Positions 31,318-41,915 of a DNA stretch of 64,000 bases are shown piece by piece. The DNA is from Nitrosopumilaceae archaeon (GTDB lineage Archaea; Thermoproteota; Nitrososphaeria; Nitrososphaerales; Nitrosopumilaceae), in NCBI GenBank assembly GCA_965214835.1, contig CBDCCK010000002.1:1664001-1728000 (forward strand). The letters run 5' to 3'. The notes under the pieces were generated by a model. That model was not told the origin of the DNA. It made no database searches and worked only from the letters and a program-made list of their open reading frames with translations. Numbering within the stretch: position 1 is the stretch's first letter; every line of letters begins with the position of its first letter. The position numbers were made by a program, and so were the translations under genes.

Positions 31318-31547
31318 CAGCTAAGTGAAATGTGCCAAAAAATGTATCAGGTCGGGCTCTGGAAGCTGCTCATGATTTTAGGCACGAATCTACACGGGAG
31401 GTCTCCCCAAGATAGCAAAATTCACGCCTGGACTTCCAGAGCCCGACCTGCTACCAAAAAATCGAGCAAAAACCGAAACTGGGTAGGAGGTACGACGCCT
31501 CAACAACAAGACAAAAACAGTAATCCAGTTTACATTTCACTTAGCTG
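31318..31547. mobile_element. MITE family C carrying a nested family A MITE
   Basis: 15-bp perfect TIR CAGCTAAGTGAAATG / CATTTCACTTAGCTG; the empty version is at 25152-25263. Confidence 0.85.
31344..31454. mobile_element. MITE family A (111 bp, IS66-like)
   Basis: TIR GTATCAGGTCGGGCTCTGGAAG / CTTCCAGAGCCCGACCTGCTAC; 8-bp TSD CAAAAAAT; second copy at 38658-38768. Confidence 0.9.
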
Positions 31548-31654
31548 TACAATGCCATCCTTCTATATAGACTCCATACCGCTCTGAATCTATATTTTAT
31601 GATTGTAAAGTGTATGGCAAGCCGTTATAGAGCAATCCCCCCGTCTTCCATCTG

Positions 31655-33226
31655 ATGACTAACAACAACGCAATAACCACACTATCTGGCATTGTCGCCC
31701 TGGTAGTTGCCACATCGCTCACATCTGCCGCATTTGCATCTGAGGATCCAAGATACAAGTATGCAGACGGGCTAAGGCCGATCGTTACATTCGAGTTCAA
31801 GGACGGAATGGAGACCCTTGAGTTCCCAGTTTATATCATGGAGGATGATTTTGTTGCCAACGCCGGCTCTCCGGGCTTTACGCTTCAGGGTACAGTTGAC
31901 ACTGCCCCCCACCTGCACGAGGCCCTAGATGAGGCCTTCAAGCACAGGCAGAGCCTCCAGATCCAGTGGGACTACAAGTACTTTGACGTTCAGATCGACT
32001 TTACCCGGGACGATACGGTTGTAGAGACCATCCGCTATCATGACTGCAAAATCGAGGACTATGGAATAGTGACAATCGATGACGACTATGAGTCATATGC
32101 AGGCGGCAAGAGCGGGTTTGGGGTGCTAGACGACATAGAGTTCCTTTGCGGAGGCGTCAATTTTGAGCACCGCGAGTCTGCGCACTATGATCCAAACCTG
32201 GTGACGACCTTCGAGCAGCCGTCCTGGTCCGTCTCTGAGGACGTCAGAACCTTTGTCGAGTTCGAGTTTGATCAGGGCGCGGAGCGGATCGAGTTTCCGG
32301 TATTTCAGATCATCTCCGGATTCGAAGAGTCGACAAGCAGGCTGGCACCTGAGTTCAAGGTCGAGGGCCTTCTCATGGGGCATCCGCTGCTTTCAAAGGC
32401 AATCGACAACGCCAGGAGGATTGGGGGAATCGCAACTGCATCCAACATTGATTTTGAGGCGACAGTCGACTTTGTTCAGGGCGGGACCAGCCTGCGTGGG
32501 CTGGAGTTCCAGGACTGCCGCGTGTCTGAATATGAGATCAGGACACAGTTTGACAAGGAGGAGGGCTGGACCGGCAAGCGCGGGTTTGCCGTTACTGAGG
32601 ACATACGTGTTCAGTGCCTCGGCCTTGAGGGCGCCAACCCCAGGTTCTCAGACAACTTCCCTGGCGGTTATACCTGGCAGAACCACTACCTGGACTATGC
32701 GGCTCCTATGCGCGAGCACCGAATGGCCGACAACATGCAGGTACGTGCCACGTTTGACTTTGACAATGGAAGGGAGGTGTCCTACTTTCCGGAGCTTGAT
32801 CAGCATAACGTCCTGGCAAGGGCCAATCCCACGTTTACCCTGACCGGACTGGTCGGCGATCACCCGCTACTGTACGAGCGCGTCGACGAGAACCTTGACA
32901 TCTCATTTTCTACGGGGGCCCATAACTTCCTTGACATGTTTGGAGTGGGCGTCGAGATAATCAGGGACGATGCCGTGATCAGGGCATTCCAGTACGCTGA
33001 CTGCCGCGTCCTTGACTATGTGGTCAAGACCGAGGAGGACAACGAGGGAAGCTATTTCAAGTCGTTTGCACTGACAAACGAGTTTGACTTTGAATGCCTG
33101 GGCTATCGGCCCCTCAATCCAACGCATGATGCGCTGTTCGAATACGAAAAGCCGCAGCTGAAAAGCTCGCTTGACTATGAGGCAGAACAGCTGGCTCTTC
33201 GTCAGGTGCGGCCCCTATTTGGATAG
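31655..33226 (+). CDS. Secreted protein with three tandem ~160-aa repeats (Hcp / tail-tube-like)
   Basis: Signal peptide, then three copies of F-F--G-E---FP...P-F-L-G----P-L...F-V--------------F-DC-V--Y...F------F-C-G. Confidence 0.8.
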   Translation: MTNNNAITTLSGIVALVVATSLTSAAFASEDPRYKYADGLRPIVTFEFKDGMETLEFPVYIMEDDFVANAGSPGFTLQGTVDTAPHLHEALDEAFKHRQSLQIQWDYKYFDVQIDFTRDDTVVETIRYHDCKIEDYGIVTIDDDYESYAGGKSGFGVLDDIEFLCGGVNFEHRESAHYDPNLVTTFEQPSWSVSEDVRTFVEFEFDQGAERIEFPVFQIISGFEESTSRLAPEFKVEGLLMGHPLLSKAIDNARRIGGIATASNIDFEATVDFVQGGTSLRGLEFQDCRVSEYEIRTQFDKEEGWTGKRGFAVTEDIRVQCLGLEGANPRFSDNFPGGYTWQNHYLDYAAPMREHRMADNMQVRATFDFDNGREVSYFPELDQHNVLARANPTFTLTGLVGDHPLLYERVDENLDISFSTGAHNFLDMFGVGVEIIRDDAVIRAFQYADCRVLDYVVKTEEDNEGSYFKSFALTNEFDFECLGYRPLNPTHDALFEYEKPQLKSSLDYEAEQLALRQVRPLFG

Positions 33227-33236
33227 GCCCATCCAC

Positions 33237-34277
33237 TTATTTTTTAATTATTGACTCTATGTTCTCGTCGATAGCTGCCTCTGCTATGTCGCTTGAGTAC
33301 TCTGCGGTCCTTCTTATGTCCTCCAGGACGAACCTGATGACGCCTGCATTGCTTGTAGAGTCCTTGATCCCCGACATGATGCTTTTTTCCTTGCTGATTA
33401 CATCCTTTACCTTGTCTGCGACCCTTTCTGCCATTTGGTAGTCCTTTTTGCTCAGTGCCGTAACCGCACTGTCGAAGACCTGCAGCGCCGACTCGCTCGT
33501 ACTGATGATTTTTTTTAGCACCCTGCCGTCGATTTTTGTCTCCAGAAACTTTACACGCTTTGCAATCAGCACGGCGTGATCTGCAATCCTCTCTATCCTG
33601 CTTATGACCGTCCTGTACCCAAGACAGTTTGATGCCCTCTCCAGCCCCACATCCTGTAGCACCCTGGCATTCTCTATTGATATCACTAGGTTTCTTCGCA
33701 TGTAGAGGCTGAACCTGTCAACCTCGTCATCCATGGCTATGATCTCCTCGCTGTGTGGAACGTCGGCCTCTGCTAGCGCCTCCATGGCCTCCCTGTGCAT
33801 GTTTACAGACATCAGGTACATCCGCCTTAGCGCCGTATCAAAGGACAGCTCCGGCAGTCTTGTCAGCACCTGGACTATGATCGTCTCCGAGCTTGATTCG
33901 ACTATCTCGGTTCCAATCATTGCAGACCTGACCAGATCCCTTATCGCCCTTGCATGCCCTGCCTGGATTCTCATCCCCTTTGAGCAAATCTGGATTGACT
34001 TGTACCCCCTCAGGTACAATGCGATAATCTTTCTTTTCACCGACTCTGACGTGTCCTTTTGGCTGATCTCTATTGTCGCCTTGGTTTTAGTCTCTGCATG
34101 GCTGCTACTGCCTGGAAGCAGCGTCAGCGAGCTGTTTGGGTTCTTCAGGATAGTCATGTGCTCCCCCACGCCGACCTTTAACTCCTCGATCCAGCTCTTG
34201 GGCAGCGAGATGATGTATGTAGAGCCCCCGCTCAGCTGCAGTCTTCGCGTCTGGCTGTTTTCCAACTCCACTGGCAT
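33237..34277 (-). CDS. Archaeal phosphate uptake regulator (AbrB-like N-terminus + PhoU domains)
   Basis: TRRLQLSGGSTYIISLPKSW; DDEVDRF; IERIADHA; IRRTAEYSSDIAE. Confidence 0.92.
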   Translation of the reverse strand: MPVELENSQTRRLQLSGGSTYIISLPKSWIEELKVGVGEHMTILKNPNSSLTLLPGSSSHAETKTKATIEISQKDTSESVKRKIIALYLRGYKSIQICSKGMRIQAGHARAIRDLVRSAMIGTEIVESSSETIIVQVLTRLPELSFDTALRRMYLMSVNMHREAMEALAEADVPHSEEIIAMDDEVDRFSLYMRRNLVISIENARVLQDVGLERASNCLGYRTVISRIERIADHAVLIAKRVKFLETKIDGRVLKKIISTSESALQVFDSAVTALSKKDYQMAERVADKVKDVISKEKSIMSGIKDSTSNAGVIRFVLEDIRRTAEYSSDIAEAAIDENIESIIKK

Positions 34278-34392
34278 GGGTTTTGTCTAGCTCTGGCCGA
34301 AATTACAATTTGGTTGGTGATCTATATAGCAATACAATCTTCGTATAAAGTATAGTCAGATCCTAGATATCGACTAGTCCTGCCGTAAAGGT

Positions 34393-35355
34393 ATGGCGGC
34401 AGTATCCCGGCGACGCAGTCCGTTGCCTGATCGCATCTTCAAGATGGGTGCCATGCTTGCAGGCGTGTTTGTCCTAGTCATGATTGTCCTGATGGTCTTC
34501 CAGCTGGCCACCGAGTCCTGGCCCATATGGGAGGAGGACGGCCTCTCGTTTATCACAAAGACCGACTGGAACGCAGTCGAGGGGCGGGAGTCTTATGGCG
34601 CGCTGCCGTACATCTTTGGGACGCTGGTAACTGCTGCCCTGGCCATGGCCATAGGCGTACCCATAAGCATTGGGATTGCAATGTTCCTCTCAGACGCGCC
34701 GCCTAGGATTGGCGCCCCGCTGGGGTTTATAGTCGAGCTGCTGGCAGCCGTGCCGAGCGTGATCTACGGGCTGTGGGGTCTGTTTATCTTCCGGGGGTTC
34801 TTCCGGGACAATATCGAGATGCCGCTTTACAGGACCTTCGGGGACACCGTATGGTTTTTGGACTCTAGGCCGTTTGGGCTCGATATCCTGTCTGCCAGCA
34901 TAATTCTGGCAATAATGATCATTCCGACCGTCTCTGCCGTGTCCCGGGAGATAATGAAGGCGGTTCCACAGCAGCAAAAGGAGGCCGCATACATGCTGGG
35001 TGCCACAAAGTGGGAGATGTTCAAACTGGCGGTGTTTCCATACTCCAAGACCGGCCTGATCGGGGCCTCCATCCTGGGGCTGGGACGTGCCGTCGGCGAG
35101 ACCATGGCAGTCACCATGCTGATTGGCAACGCAATCGGGGCAAGGGCCATCGTGGATACGATATTCAGCCCGGGCCAGTCCATTGCAAGCCTGCTTGCAA
35201 ACGAGTTTGCAGAGGCGACCCCCGGGACACTGCAGGTTCCGGCACTGCTCGGACTGGCGCTGATACTACTCGGGCTTGCGATGGGAATCAATGTCGTCGC
35301 ACACGTGCTTGTCACCAGAATGCTAAAGGTAAAGGAGGGCGCAATAAACAATTGA
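34393..35355 (+). CDS. pstC: Phosphate ABC transporter permease PstC
   Basis: YGALPYIFGT, ELLAAVPSVIYGLWG, LGRAVGETMAVTM. Confidence 0.95.
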   Translation: MAAVSRRRSPLPDRIFKMGAMLAGVFVLVMIVLMVFQLATESWPIWEEDGLSFITKTDWNAVEGRESYGALPYIFGTLVTAALAMAIGVPISIGIAMFLSDAPPRIGAPLGFIVELLAAVPSVIYGLWGLFIFRGFFRDNIEMPLYRTFGDTVWFLDSRPFGLDILSASIILAIMIIPTVSAVSREIMKAVPQQQKEAAYMLGATKWEMFKLAVFPYSKTGLIGASILGLGRAVGETMAVTMLIGNAIGARAIVDTIFSPGQSIASLLANEFAEATPGTLQVPALLGLALILLGLAMGINVVAHVLVTRMLKVKEGAINN

Positions 35356-36281
35356 CTGATCAGGTGCGGCGGCAGTTCTACCGCTCGCTGTTTCGGCAAA
35401 ACGTAAGGAATCGGCTGGTTGTCGACAAAATAGTCCGGTCGATAATCTTTGCATCCGTAGTAATCGCAATCATTCCCCTGGGCAGCATTCTCGTAGAGGT
35501 CGTTCAAAACGGCATAGCCGCGCTCAGCATTGAATTCCTGACTGCAATCCCGGGGGCTGCCGGCAGCGGAGAGGGCGGGATCGGGCCTGCAATCCAGGGC
35601 ACCTTCATAGTGGTGGGCATGGCCAGCCTTATCGGCGTGCCCATAGGCGTCATGTCGGGCATATTTCTTGCAGAGTTTGGCGACAACAGGCTTGGAAGGA
35701 TAGTGCGGTTCTTCAACGATGTATTCATGGAGTTTCCCTCCATAGTGATCGGAATCTTCGCGTTTTTGCTGATAGTCCTGCTGCTTGGACACTTTTCAAT
35801 CTGGGCGGGGGCCTTTGCACTTGCGCTAATAATGTTCCCCATAGTCGCCAGGACTACAGAAGAGTCCCTCAAGATGGTGCCATATACGTACAGGGAGGCA
35901 GGAGTCGCACTGGGCCTCCAGCGATGGGTGATCACCACCCGCGTTGTGATCTCTGCTGCAAAAAGCGGGATGATCACCGGAATACTCTTGGCAGTGTCAA
36001 GAATAAGCGGCGAGACTGCACCCCTGCTCTTTACGATACTGGGCAGCAGCCAGTTCTTTGGCGGATTCAACGTCCCCATGGACGCGCTGCCTCTGAGGAT
36101 CTGGGTAATGTCGCTGCTTCCATACGAGCAGGCCCAGCTGCACGGATGGGGCGCCGCACTGATCCTGATCTTCATCATAATGTGCATCAATCTGGCAGTG
36201 CGCTTCTTTGTGCTGGGCGACAACTCCAGATTCGGCGCCGCGGGCAGAATAGTTTTTCTTAGGGCGATGGGAAGAAGATGA
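35352..36281 (+). CDS. pstA: Phosphate ABC transporter permease PstA
   Basis: [35 protein letters not shown]; TTG start overlaps the pstC stop. Confidence 0.95.
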   Translation: MTDQVRRQFYRSLFRQNVRNRLVVDKIVRSIIFASVVIAIIPLGSILVEVVQNGIAALSIEFLTAIPGAAGSGEGGIGPAIQGTFIVVGMASLIGVPIGVMSGIFLAEFGDNRLGRIVRFFNDVFMEFPSIVIGIFAFLLIVLLLGHFSIWAGAFALALIMFPIVARTTEESLKMVPYTYREAGVALGLQRWVITTRVVISAAKSGMITGILLAVSRISGETAPLLFTILGSSQFFGGFNVPMDALPLRIWVMSLLPYEQAQLHGWGAALILIFIIMCINLAVRFFVLGDNSRFGAAGRIVFLRAMGRR

Positions 36282-37129
36282 TGTCATTGAAGGCAGAAAC
36301 CCAGACACTTGATCCCAGGACAGTAGAGTCCAGCCCGTCACTGAACAACGGCTCATCGAGTGCAGACGGGGCCAGATACAAGATGATCGCAGAAAACGTC
36401 ACCGTATCCTACGGCGGCATCGCCGCAGTCAGGGACGTTACCATGAAGTTCAAGGAGCGTTCCGTGACTGCGCTGATCGGGCCGTCCGGATGCGGCAAAA
36501 CCACCTTCCTCCGGTGCCTGAACAGGATGCATGACATGACAAAAAACGCGACGGTGGACGGCAAGGTAATGATTGACAACATCGACCTGTACTCCAAGGA
36601 GATCGATCCAATCTACCACAGGCGCAAGGTGGGCATGGTATTCCAAAAGCCAAACCCGTTCCCGACAATGTCGATCTATGACAACGTCACCGCGGGCCTG
36701 AGGCTAAACGGGATCCGGGACAAAAAAATCCTGGACGAGATAGTCGAGGACTCACTCAGGATGGCCTACCTATGGGACGAGGTAAAAGACGACCTGAAAA
36801 AGTCTGCCATCGAGCTGTCCGGCGGCCAGCAGCAGAGGCTCTGCATTGCAAGGGCTCTGGCCATCCAGCCCGAGGTCCTGCTGATGGACGAGCCCGCGTC
36901 TGCCCTTGATCCGATTGCAACCCAGAAGATCGAGGAGACTATCACCGAGCTCAAAAAGGACTTTACGATAATCATAGTAACTCACAACATGCAGCAGGCC
37001 GTCAGGGTTTCTGACTATACCGGGTTCATGTATCTTGGCGACCTGATCGAGTTCAGGGAGACAAAAAAACTCTTCACGGATCCAAAGCATGAGTTGACTG
37101 CAAAATACGTCCAGGGTCAGTTCGGCTAG
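36278..37129 (+). CDS. pstB: Phosphate ABC transporter ATP-binding protein
   Basis: [40 protein letters not shown]. Confidence 0.97.
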   Translation: MMSLKAETQTLDPRTVESSPSLNNGSSSADGARYKMIAENVTVSYGGIAAVRDVTMKFKERSVTALIGPSGCGKTTFLRCLNRMHDMTKNATVDGKVMIDNIDLYSKEIDPIYHRRKVGMVFQKPNPFPTMSIYDNVTAGLRLNGIRDKKILDEIVEDSLRMAYLWDEVKDDLKKSAIELSGGQQQRLCIARALAIQPEVLLMDEPASALDPIATQKIEETITELKKDFTIIIVTHNMQQAVRVSDYTGFMYLGDLIEFRETKKLFTDPKHELTAKYVQGQFG

Positions 37130-37795
37130 ATGGCGCGTCTGATTGACGAGTCCCTGCAAAAGCTGTCCTTTATCATGGCAGAGATGGGCGACATGGTAAT
37201 CGAGTCAATATCACTTGCGGTGGATTCGTACCTTGACGGGACCAACACCAAGGACAAGGTCCACTCCCTCTCTGATGCGATACGCGAAAAATACTTTGAG
37301 GTCGAGGATCTGACCTTTGACATGCTGCTAAAGTTCCAGCCGGTAGCCGACGACTTTAGGTTCATCCGCTCATCGACTGAGATCTCTTATGCCTTTTCCA
37401 GGTTCGGCCGGTATGCATACGACATAACCCTGGTCCGGGACTCGTTTGGCGACGTAACAGAGTGCAAGAACGCCTCGCTTGTAGAGTCCTCAAAGAAGGT
37501 CAAGCACATGATCAAGGACGCGGTTCTGTCCTTTGCCGAGCTAGACGTGCGCAAGGCAGTCAAAATACGCGAGGATGAGGAGTTTATCGACAAGATCTAC
37601 CGCGACCGCCTTCCAAGACTCATAGAGTCAAACAATACAAGGTGCGCCCTGGCAGAGGCGCTTTTACTGAGATATCTTGAGAGAATCGGCGATCATGCCG
37701 TATTCATGAGTGATGCGATAAACTATATCGTGACCGGCAAGCACAGGCCAAGCGAGGAGCGCATCGCGTCGCACACCAAGGACCGGGCGCCCTGA
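37130..37795 (+). CDS. phoU: PhoU-family phosphate transport regulator
   Basis: FQPVADDFR, RYLERIGDHA, YIVTG; directly follows pstB. Confidence 0.9.
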   Translation: MARLIDESLQKLSFIMAEMGDMVIESISLAVDSYLDGTNTKDKVHSLSDAIREKYFEVEDLTFDMLLKFQPVADDFRFIRSSTEISYAFSRFGRYAYDITLVRDSFGDVTECKNASLVESSKKVKHMIKDAVLSFAELDVRKAVKIREDEEFIDKIYRDRLPRLIESNNTRCALAEALLLRYLERIGDHAVFMSDAINYIVTGKHRPSEERIASHTKDRAP

Positions 37796-37799
37796 TTGC

Positions 37800-38290
37800 C
37801 TGCACGGCCGCCGGCGCCCCTGTCCGCCCGGGGAACAGGCTGACAGGCATCGCCCCGATGCACCCCATGTATGCGGCTCGATGCAGGCCAGCTTGTGCTG
37901 TGGTGGATCTGTGACGCCGGCAGGCCGGAGCCGTATCAGAGGCCCAGCGGATGGATGTTCGCCTACGTCTGTGATCTCTGGCAGCCAACATCTGATCAAG
38001 TACCGAACTCCGAGCCGATCCACTCAAAGACTGGTACATTGGAATGGGGAAAATGTTCTAGCTTGCCGTGTTCGCGCTTGCTCATATATGCCATTGCAAT
38101 CGTAACATAGCCGATCACGTCCTTTTTCTTGTATGCGAAAAGCCACGTCTGGCCAATTTTATTGGCCTGATCATCAAAAGCCCCTTTTTCAAGTAATCTG
38201 CGTACTGCTGCTTGCGGCATTTGAAGAGATTCAGATCAAAACTGATCCTGTCCAATCTATGAATGTGTACGTCCTTGTGAAAATTAGTTG
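37800..38290 (-). pseudogene. Frameshifted GNAT acetyltransferase (TacT/AtaT toxin-like)
   Basis: Fragments DQANKIGQTWLF...VIGYVTIAMA...PHSNVP and LGVRYLI lie in different frames. Confidence 0.55.
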
Positions 38291-38322
38291 AAAAGATGGG
38301 AAATTAGATGCTGTCTGGCTAT

Positions 38323-38657
38323 CTATAGCAACGAGCAGAAGTCTTTGAGCCAAAACAGGGTTCATTCGAAAGGTATGATGATCGCATAACCGGCATAGTG
38401 GGCATGGCAAAAGAAACAGACGGCCTGTCAGAGGTCATGCGCAAAGAAAAGGATGCCAAAGTCTACAAAAAGATCATGGCGTTGACGTCTGTGCCAGAAG
38501 ACGACGTAGGCGTGCCCGAGACCGCAAGAAGGGATCCGGTGCAGCGAGAATTCCGTGCGCAACTGGCTGGCGAGGTTTTCGGAGGACGGCATAGACGGCC
38601 TCCGGGATCTTCCCCGTTCCGGATGCAGGCCAGGGGCGGACAGAAAAAGGATTGCCG
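38323..38657 (+). pseudogene. IS630 left end and HTH fragment, truncated by a MITE
   Basis: TIR shared with MITE F; RKEKDAKVYKKIMAL... then frameshifted VRNWLARFSEDGIDGLRDLPRSG. Confidence 0.7.
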
Positions 38658-38768
38658 GTAACAGGTCAGACTCTGGAAGCTGCTCCTGATTTTAGGCACG
38701 AATCTACGTGGGAGGCCTCCCAGAGATGGCAAAATTCACGCCTGAACTTCCAGAGCCCGAGCTGTTAC
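38658..38768. mobile_element. MITE family A, second copy
   Basis: GTAACAGGTCAGACTCTGGAAG...CTTCCAGAGCCCGAGCTGTTAC; GTAA/TTAC ends typical of IS66. Confidence 0.88.
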
Positions 38769-38817
38769 AAAAAAAGACTGTTTAAATTAAGGTATTATCA
38801 AGGTTGATTGAAAGAAA

Positions 38818-39018
38818 ATGACTACAGAAAACGAGCTTATACTCAAGGAGATCAGGGAACTAAAGGAGCAGGTCAGCCTGAACTGTAGCAAGTTGGACAC
38901 AATTGATAAAAAAATATCCGAGATGCAGGAGCAGGTAAACAGCTTTTACACCGCCTTTGGTAGGGAGATAAACAGGATAGAGAGCCATCTGAAAATGGTT
39001 CCATACCGGCCAGAATAG
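38818..39018 (+). CDS. Small coiled-coil protein
   Basis: 66 aa with a heptad pattern; AT-rich upstream region. Confidence 0.6.
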   Translation: MTTENELILKEIRELKEQVSLNCSKLDTIDKKISEMQEQVNSFYTAFGREINRIESHLKMVPYRPE

Positions 39019-39071
39019 CAATATCCAAGCTGAAGATAACCGGTATTATCCTTGGGGTAATAATAGTAATT

Positions 39072-39164
39072 GTACGAGGTCACCTACCATCATCAGTTAG
39101 GCATGAATTAACATGAATGATTGTGATCCTCGTGCCTAGCTAGCAAGGGGACGTGACCACATAC
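39072..39164. mobile_element. MITE family B
   Basis: Reverse complement of 21121-21213; 8-bp TSD TAGTAATT on both sides. Confidence 0.92.
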
Positions 39165-39181
39165 TAGTAATTTGGTTCATG

Positions 39182-40429
39182 CAGCTAAGTGAAAAGTACT
39201 CCAGATCCTGCGTCATGGAGGGGGCTTGGGCTCCCTGATATAGATCCCCATGCACTCCTTGAACACCAGCATCGTCATGACATTCTGCACCCCGGGCCCC
39301 TCGCTGAGCAGCGCCCTGGCAATTATCCACTCGCTGAACAGTATCATCGAGTAGTAAAAGCACCATGGCGGCCAGGTCGACGGTCCGGGTCTTGGCCCTG
39401 CACTCCTCTAGCTTGGCGTATCCGGTCTCTATGCCCACCTTGACGAGTACAGCTCGATCTTGATCCTAGGACAGTTCGTTGCAAACCCGATGAACTTTTT
39501 CTCCGGCTTTTCCTCCCCTGCCGCGTCTGTCTTCTTGTCTCCATTCCCGGACTTTTTTCTCTTCGTTATTGCCATGAAATACGCAGCCGAGTCGGTATTG
39601 TTCTCGATTATATTTTTGGATACTGCGGGCCTGTCCTTGTGTGCAAACTCGTTGAGTGCTGCGACCACGTTGCCCGTGTTCCTGCACGGCATCAGGAACT
39701 TTACCCCCCTCTCCTGCAGCATGGCAATCACCTCGACTGAGAACTCGCGGTCAAGCAGCAGGAGGCGCACCTTGATGCCGGCCCGCTCAAGCCGGTCAGG
39801 GATCAAACCGGCCGATTCAGGCACGGAATCGAGCCTTTTTACGTACAGTCCGCCCAGGGTCAGGCGCAGCCCGTCGTCGACGCACTGTACGGTGATGTAC
39901 CGCTCGACGTATGTGGTTCCGTCCTTCTTCTTGGAGCGCGACAGGTTCTCGTCGGGCCTTCTGTCATAGCGGGAGATCTTGTGTATGTCCATTGCTATTG
40001 TCAGCCCCCTCTTGGGAATCCTTTTGACCCTGCCCAGTCTTTCACACTGCCGTTTTATCTGCGCAAGGCCTCCTGCACGGCCTCCGGGTTGGTCGCCTTG
40101 AGATTGTAGGCATGCCACCTAGCAGAGGGACCAGCTCCGCTTGTACGCGTCGCGGCGTTGATGCATCCTCCCACCGATGCGTCCCAGAAGGCGCCGCACA
40201 CCATTCCGCGGCTCAGGTCGTCGATCCCGTATGTGGCGTTGTGTTTCCCGGACATTCTGACGCAGGAGAACATGTTCCTTCCGCCATCTGCAACATGTTC
40301 ACATATGCGCGGGTTGTTGTCAAGATCGCGACACTGTCTGGATTTTTGTTTTCTCAACGAAAACCACGGGGCCGCACCCCGACTGATCCGCTTGCATCTG
40401 TCAGTGTTGTCAAGACGGTCTAAATTTCT
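39182..40429 (-). mobile_element. ISH3-like element with multiply frameshifted transposase
   Basis: End CAGCTAAGTGAAAAGTAC at 39182; motifs IAMDIHKISRYD, SKKKDGT, LLLLDREF, FATN, YSSRW-GIETGY. Confidence 0.85.
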
Positions 40430-40521
40430 GTACGAGGTCACCTACCCTCATCAGTTAGGCATGAATCAGATGCATGATTGTGATTTTCGTGCCTAGCTAG
40501 CAAGGGGGCGTGATCACATAC
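40430..40521. mobile_element. MITE family B, diverged copy
   Basis: GTACGAGGTCAC...GTGATCACATAC, similar to 39072-39164; no TSD. Confidence 0.85.
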
Positions 40522-40829
40522 AGGGACAGGATGGTCGCAGTACACATGGCCTGCGTGAGAAAGTGCAGCCTTGGAAAGACACAGGCCTCCTCATAATGTC
40601 AATCGGCTGGGCACACAAATGGGTGAAGCGCTTAGAAGGAAGGCATAGAGGCCCTTCGGCTTTACCTTGGGCGACCTATCGGCGTGCGGTCGATCCTAGC
40701 CCAGCGCCACTCTTCTTGAAGCGCCGCACCAAGCGGCATATCCGGCCTGGCCGGAGTCGTTTCGAGTGGAGCCGTTTTACTGGACGCTTTTGGGAAGACT
40801 GTATATACAGACTATTTCCGGCATTGTAC

Positions 40830-41915
40830 ATGGATATTTTGGGGCTAATACAGGACAATCTTCTCACGCCGATCATCCTGTTCTTCCTGTTTGGCATTAT
40901 TGCAGCCAGGATAAAGTCTGACCTGAGAATACCTGCGGCAATCTCGGAGTTTCTGCCCATCTATCTTCTTGCCGCAATCGGCATTCACGGCGGAATCGAG
41001 ATGCGAAGCACCGGGTTTGAAAACATGCTTATCCCGATGCTTGCCGCAATCGGACTCTCCCTGCTCTTTACGATGAACCACTATCAGATTCTGCGCCGGC
41101 TGGGGAAATTCAACCTCTTTGACTCCTACGCGCTTGCCTCGACCTATGGCGCGGTGGGGGCCGTGCACTTTTCTGTGGGGCTGTCCTTTTTGAGGAACCA
41201 GGGGGTAAGCTCCGAGGGATACATTGCGGCAATCCTTGCGGTGCTAGAGCCGCTTGCGTTCATCTTGGCGATATTTATGACAAACATGGCAGTGGCAAGG
41301 CAGATCAAGGCAAAGAGGCGCCCCTTTGCCGATTCCGGCCCTGCCGACGTCGATCTCGGGCTGGATCAAACCAAGACAAAGCTGTCCCGGGTGCTGCACG
41401 AGTCCATTACCGGAAAGGCAATCGTAATCCTCCTTGGCAGCATCGTGATAGGCTACATCATAGGCAAGGACGGCTTTGAGCCGATCAAGATCGTATTTGA
41501 CGACATGTTTACCGGGGCGATAGTGATCTTCATGATTGAGATGGGCATAATCGCAGGCCACAGGCTCGATGACATCAAAAGGGTGGGCGTATTTCTTACC
41601 GCATTTGCCATAGCCGTACCCCTATTCAACGGAACCATCGGCGTCCTGGTCTCCACCGCACTGGGGCTGAGCATAGGAGGGGCAGTCATGTTCGGACTGC
41701 TGATGGCCAGCGCCTCGTTTATCGCAGCTCCTGCGGTCTTGCGCCACGCCATACCGCAGGCAAAGCCGAGCCTGTACATAACGTCTGCCCTGGGAATAAC
41801 GTTCCCGTTTAACATAATCATCACCCTGCCGGTCCTCTTTACGATATCGACGTTTGTCCATGCCGGAGAGGGGACGATAAACTTATTCAACCTCGTTGCG
41901 GGGGGTTTACAATGA
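40830..41915 (+). CDS. sbtA: Sodium-dependent bicarbonate transporter SbtA family
   Basis: ILFFLFG...KSDLRIP, IYLLAAIGIHGG, YGAVGAV, ASASFIAAPA, LGITFPFNI; about 10 TM. Confidence 0.9.
   Translation: MDILGLIQDNLLTPIILFFLFGIIAARIKSDLRIPAAISEFLPIYLLAAIGIHGGIEMRSTGFENMLIPMLAAIGLSLLFTMNHYQILRRLGKFNLFDSYALASTYGAVGAVHFSVGLSFLRNQGVSSEGYIAAILAVLEPLAFILAIFMTNMAVARQIKAKRRPFADSGPADVDLGLDQTKTKLSRVLHESITGKAIVILLGSIVIGYIIGKDGFEPIKIVFDDMFTGAIVIFMIEMGIIAGHRLDDIKRVGVFLTAFAIAVPLFNGTIGVLVSTALGLSIGGAVMFGLLMASASFIAAPAVLRHAIPQAKPSLYITSALGITFPFNIIITLPVLFTISTFVHAGEGTINLFNLVAGGLQ

Noticed and set aside
40563-40829. Long N-terminal extension of SbtA
   Set aside because: The upstream frame runs through IS630-like debris (GWAHKWVKR); ATG 40830 matches the expected SbtA start.
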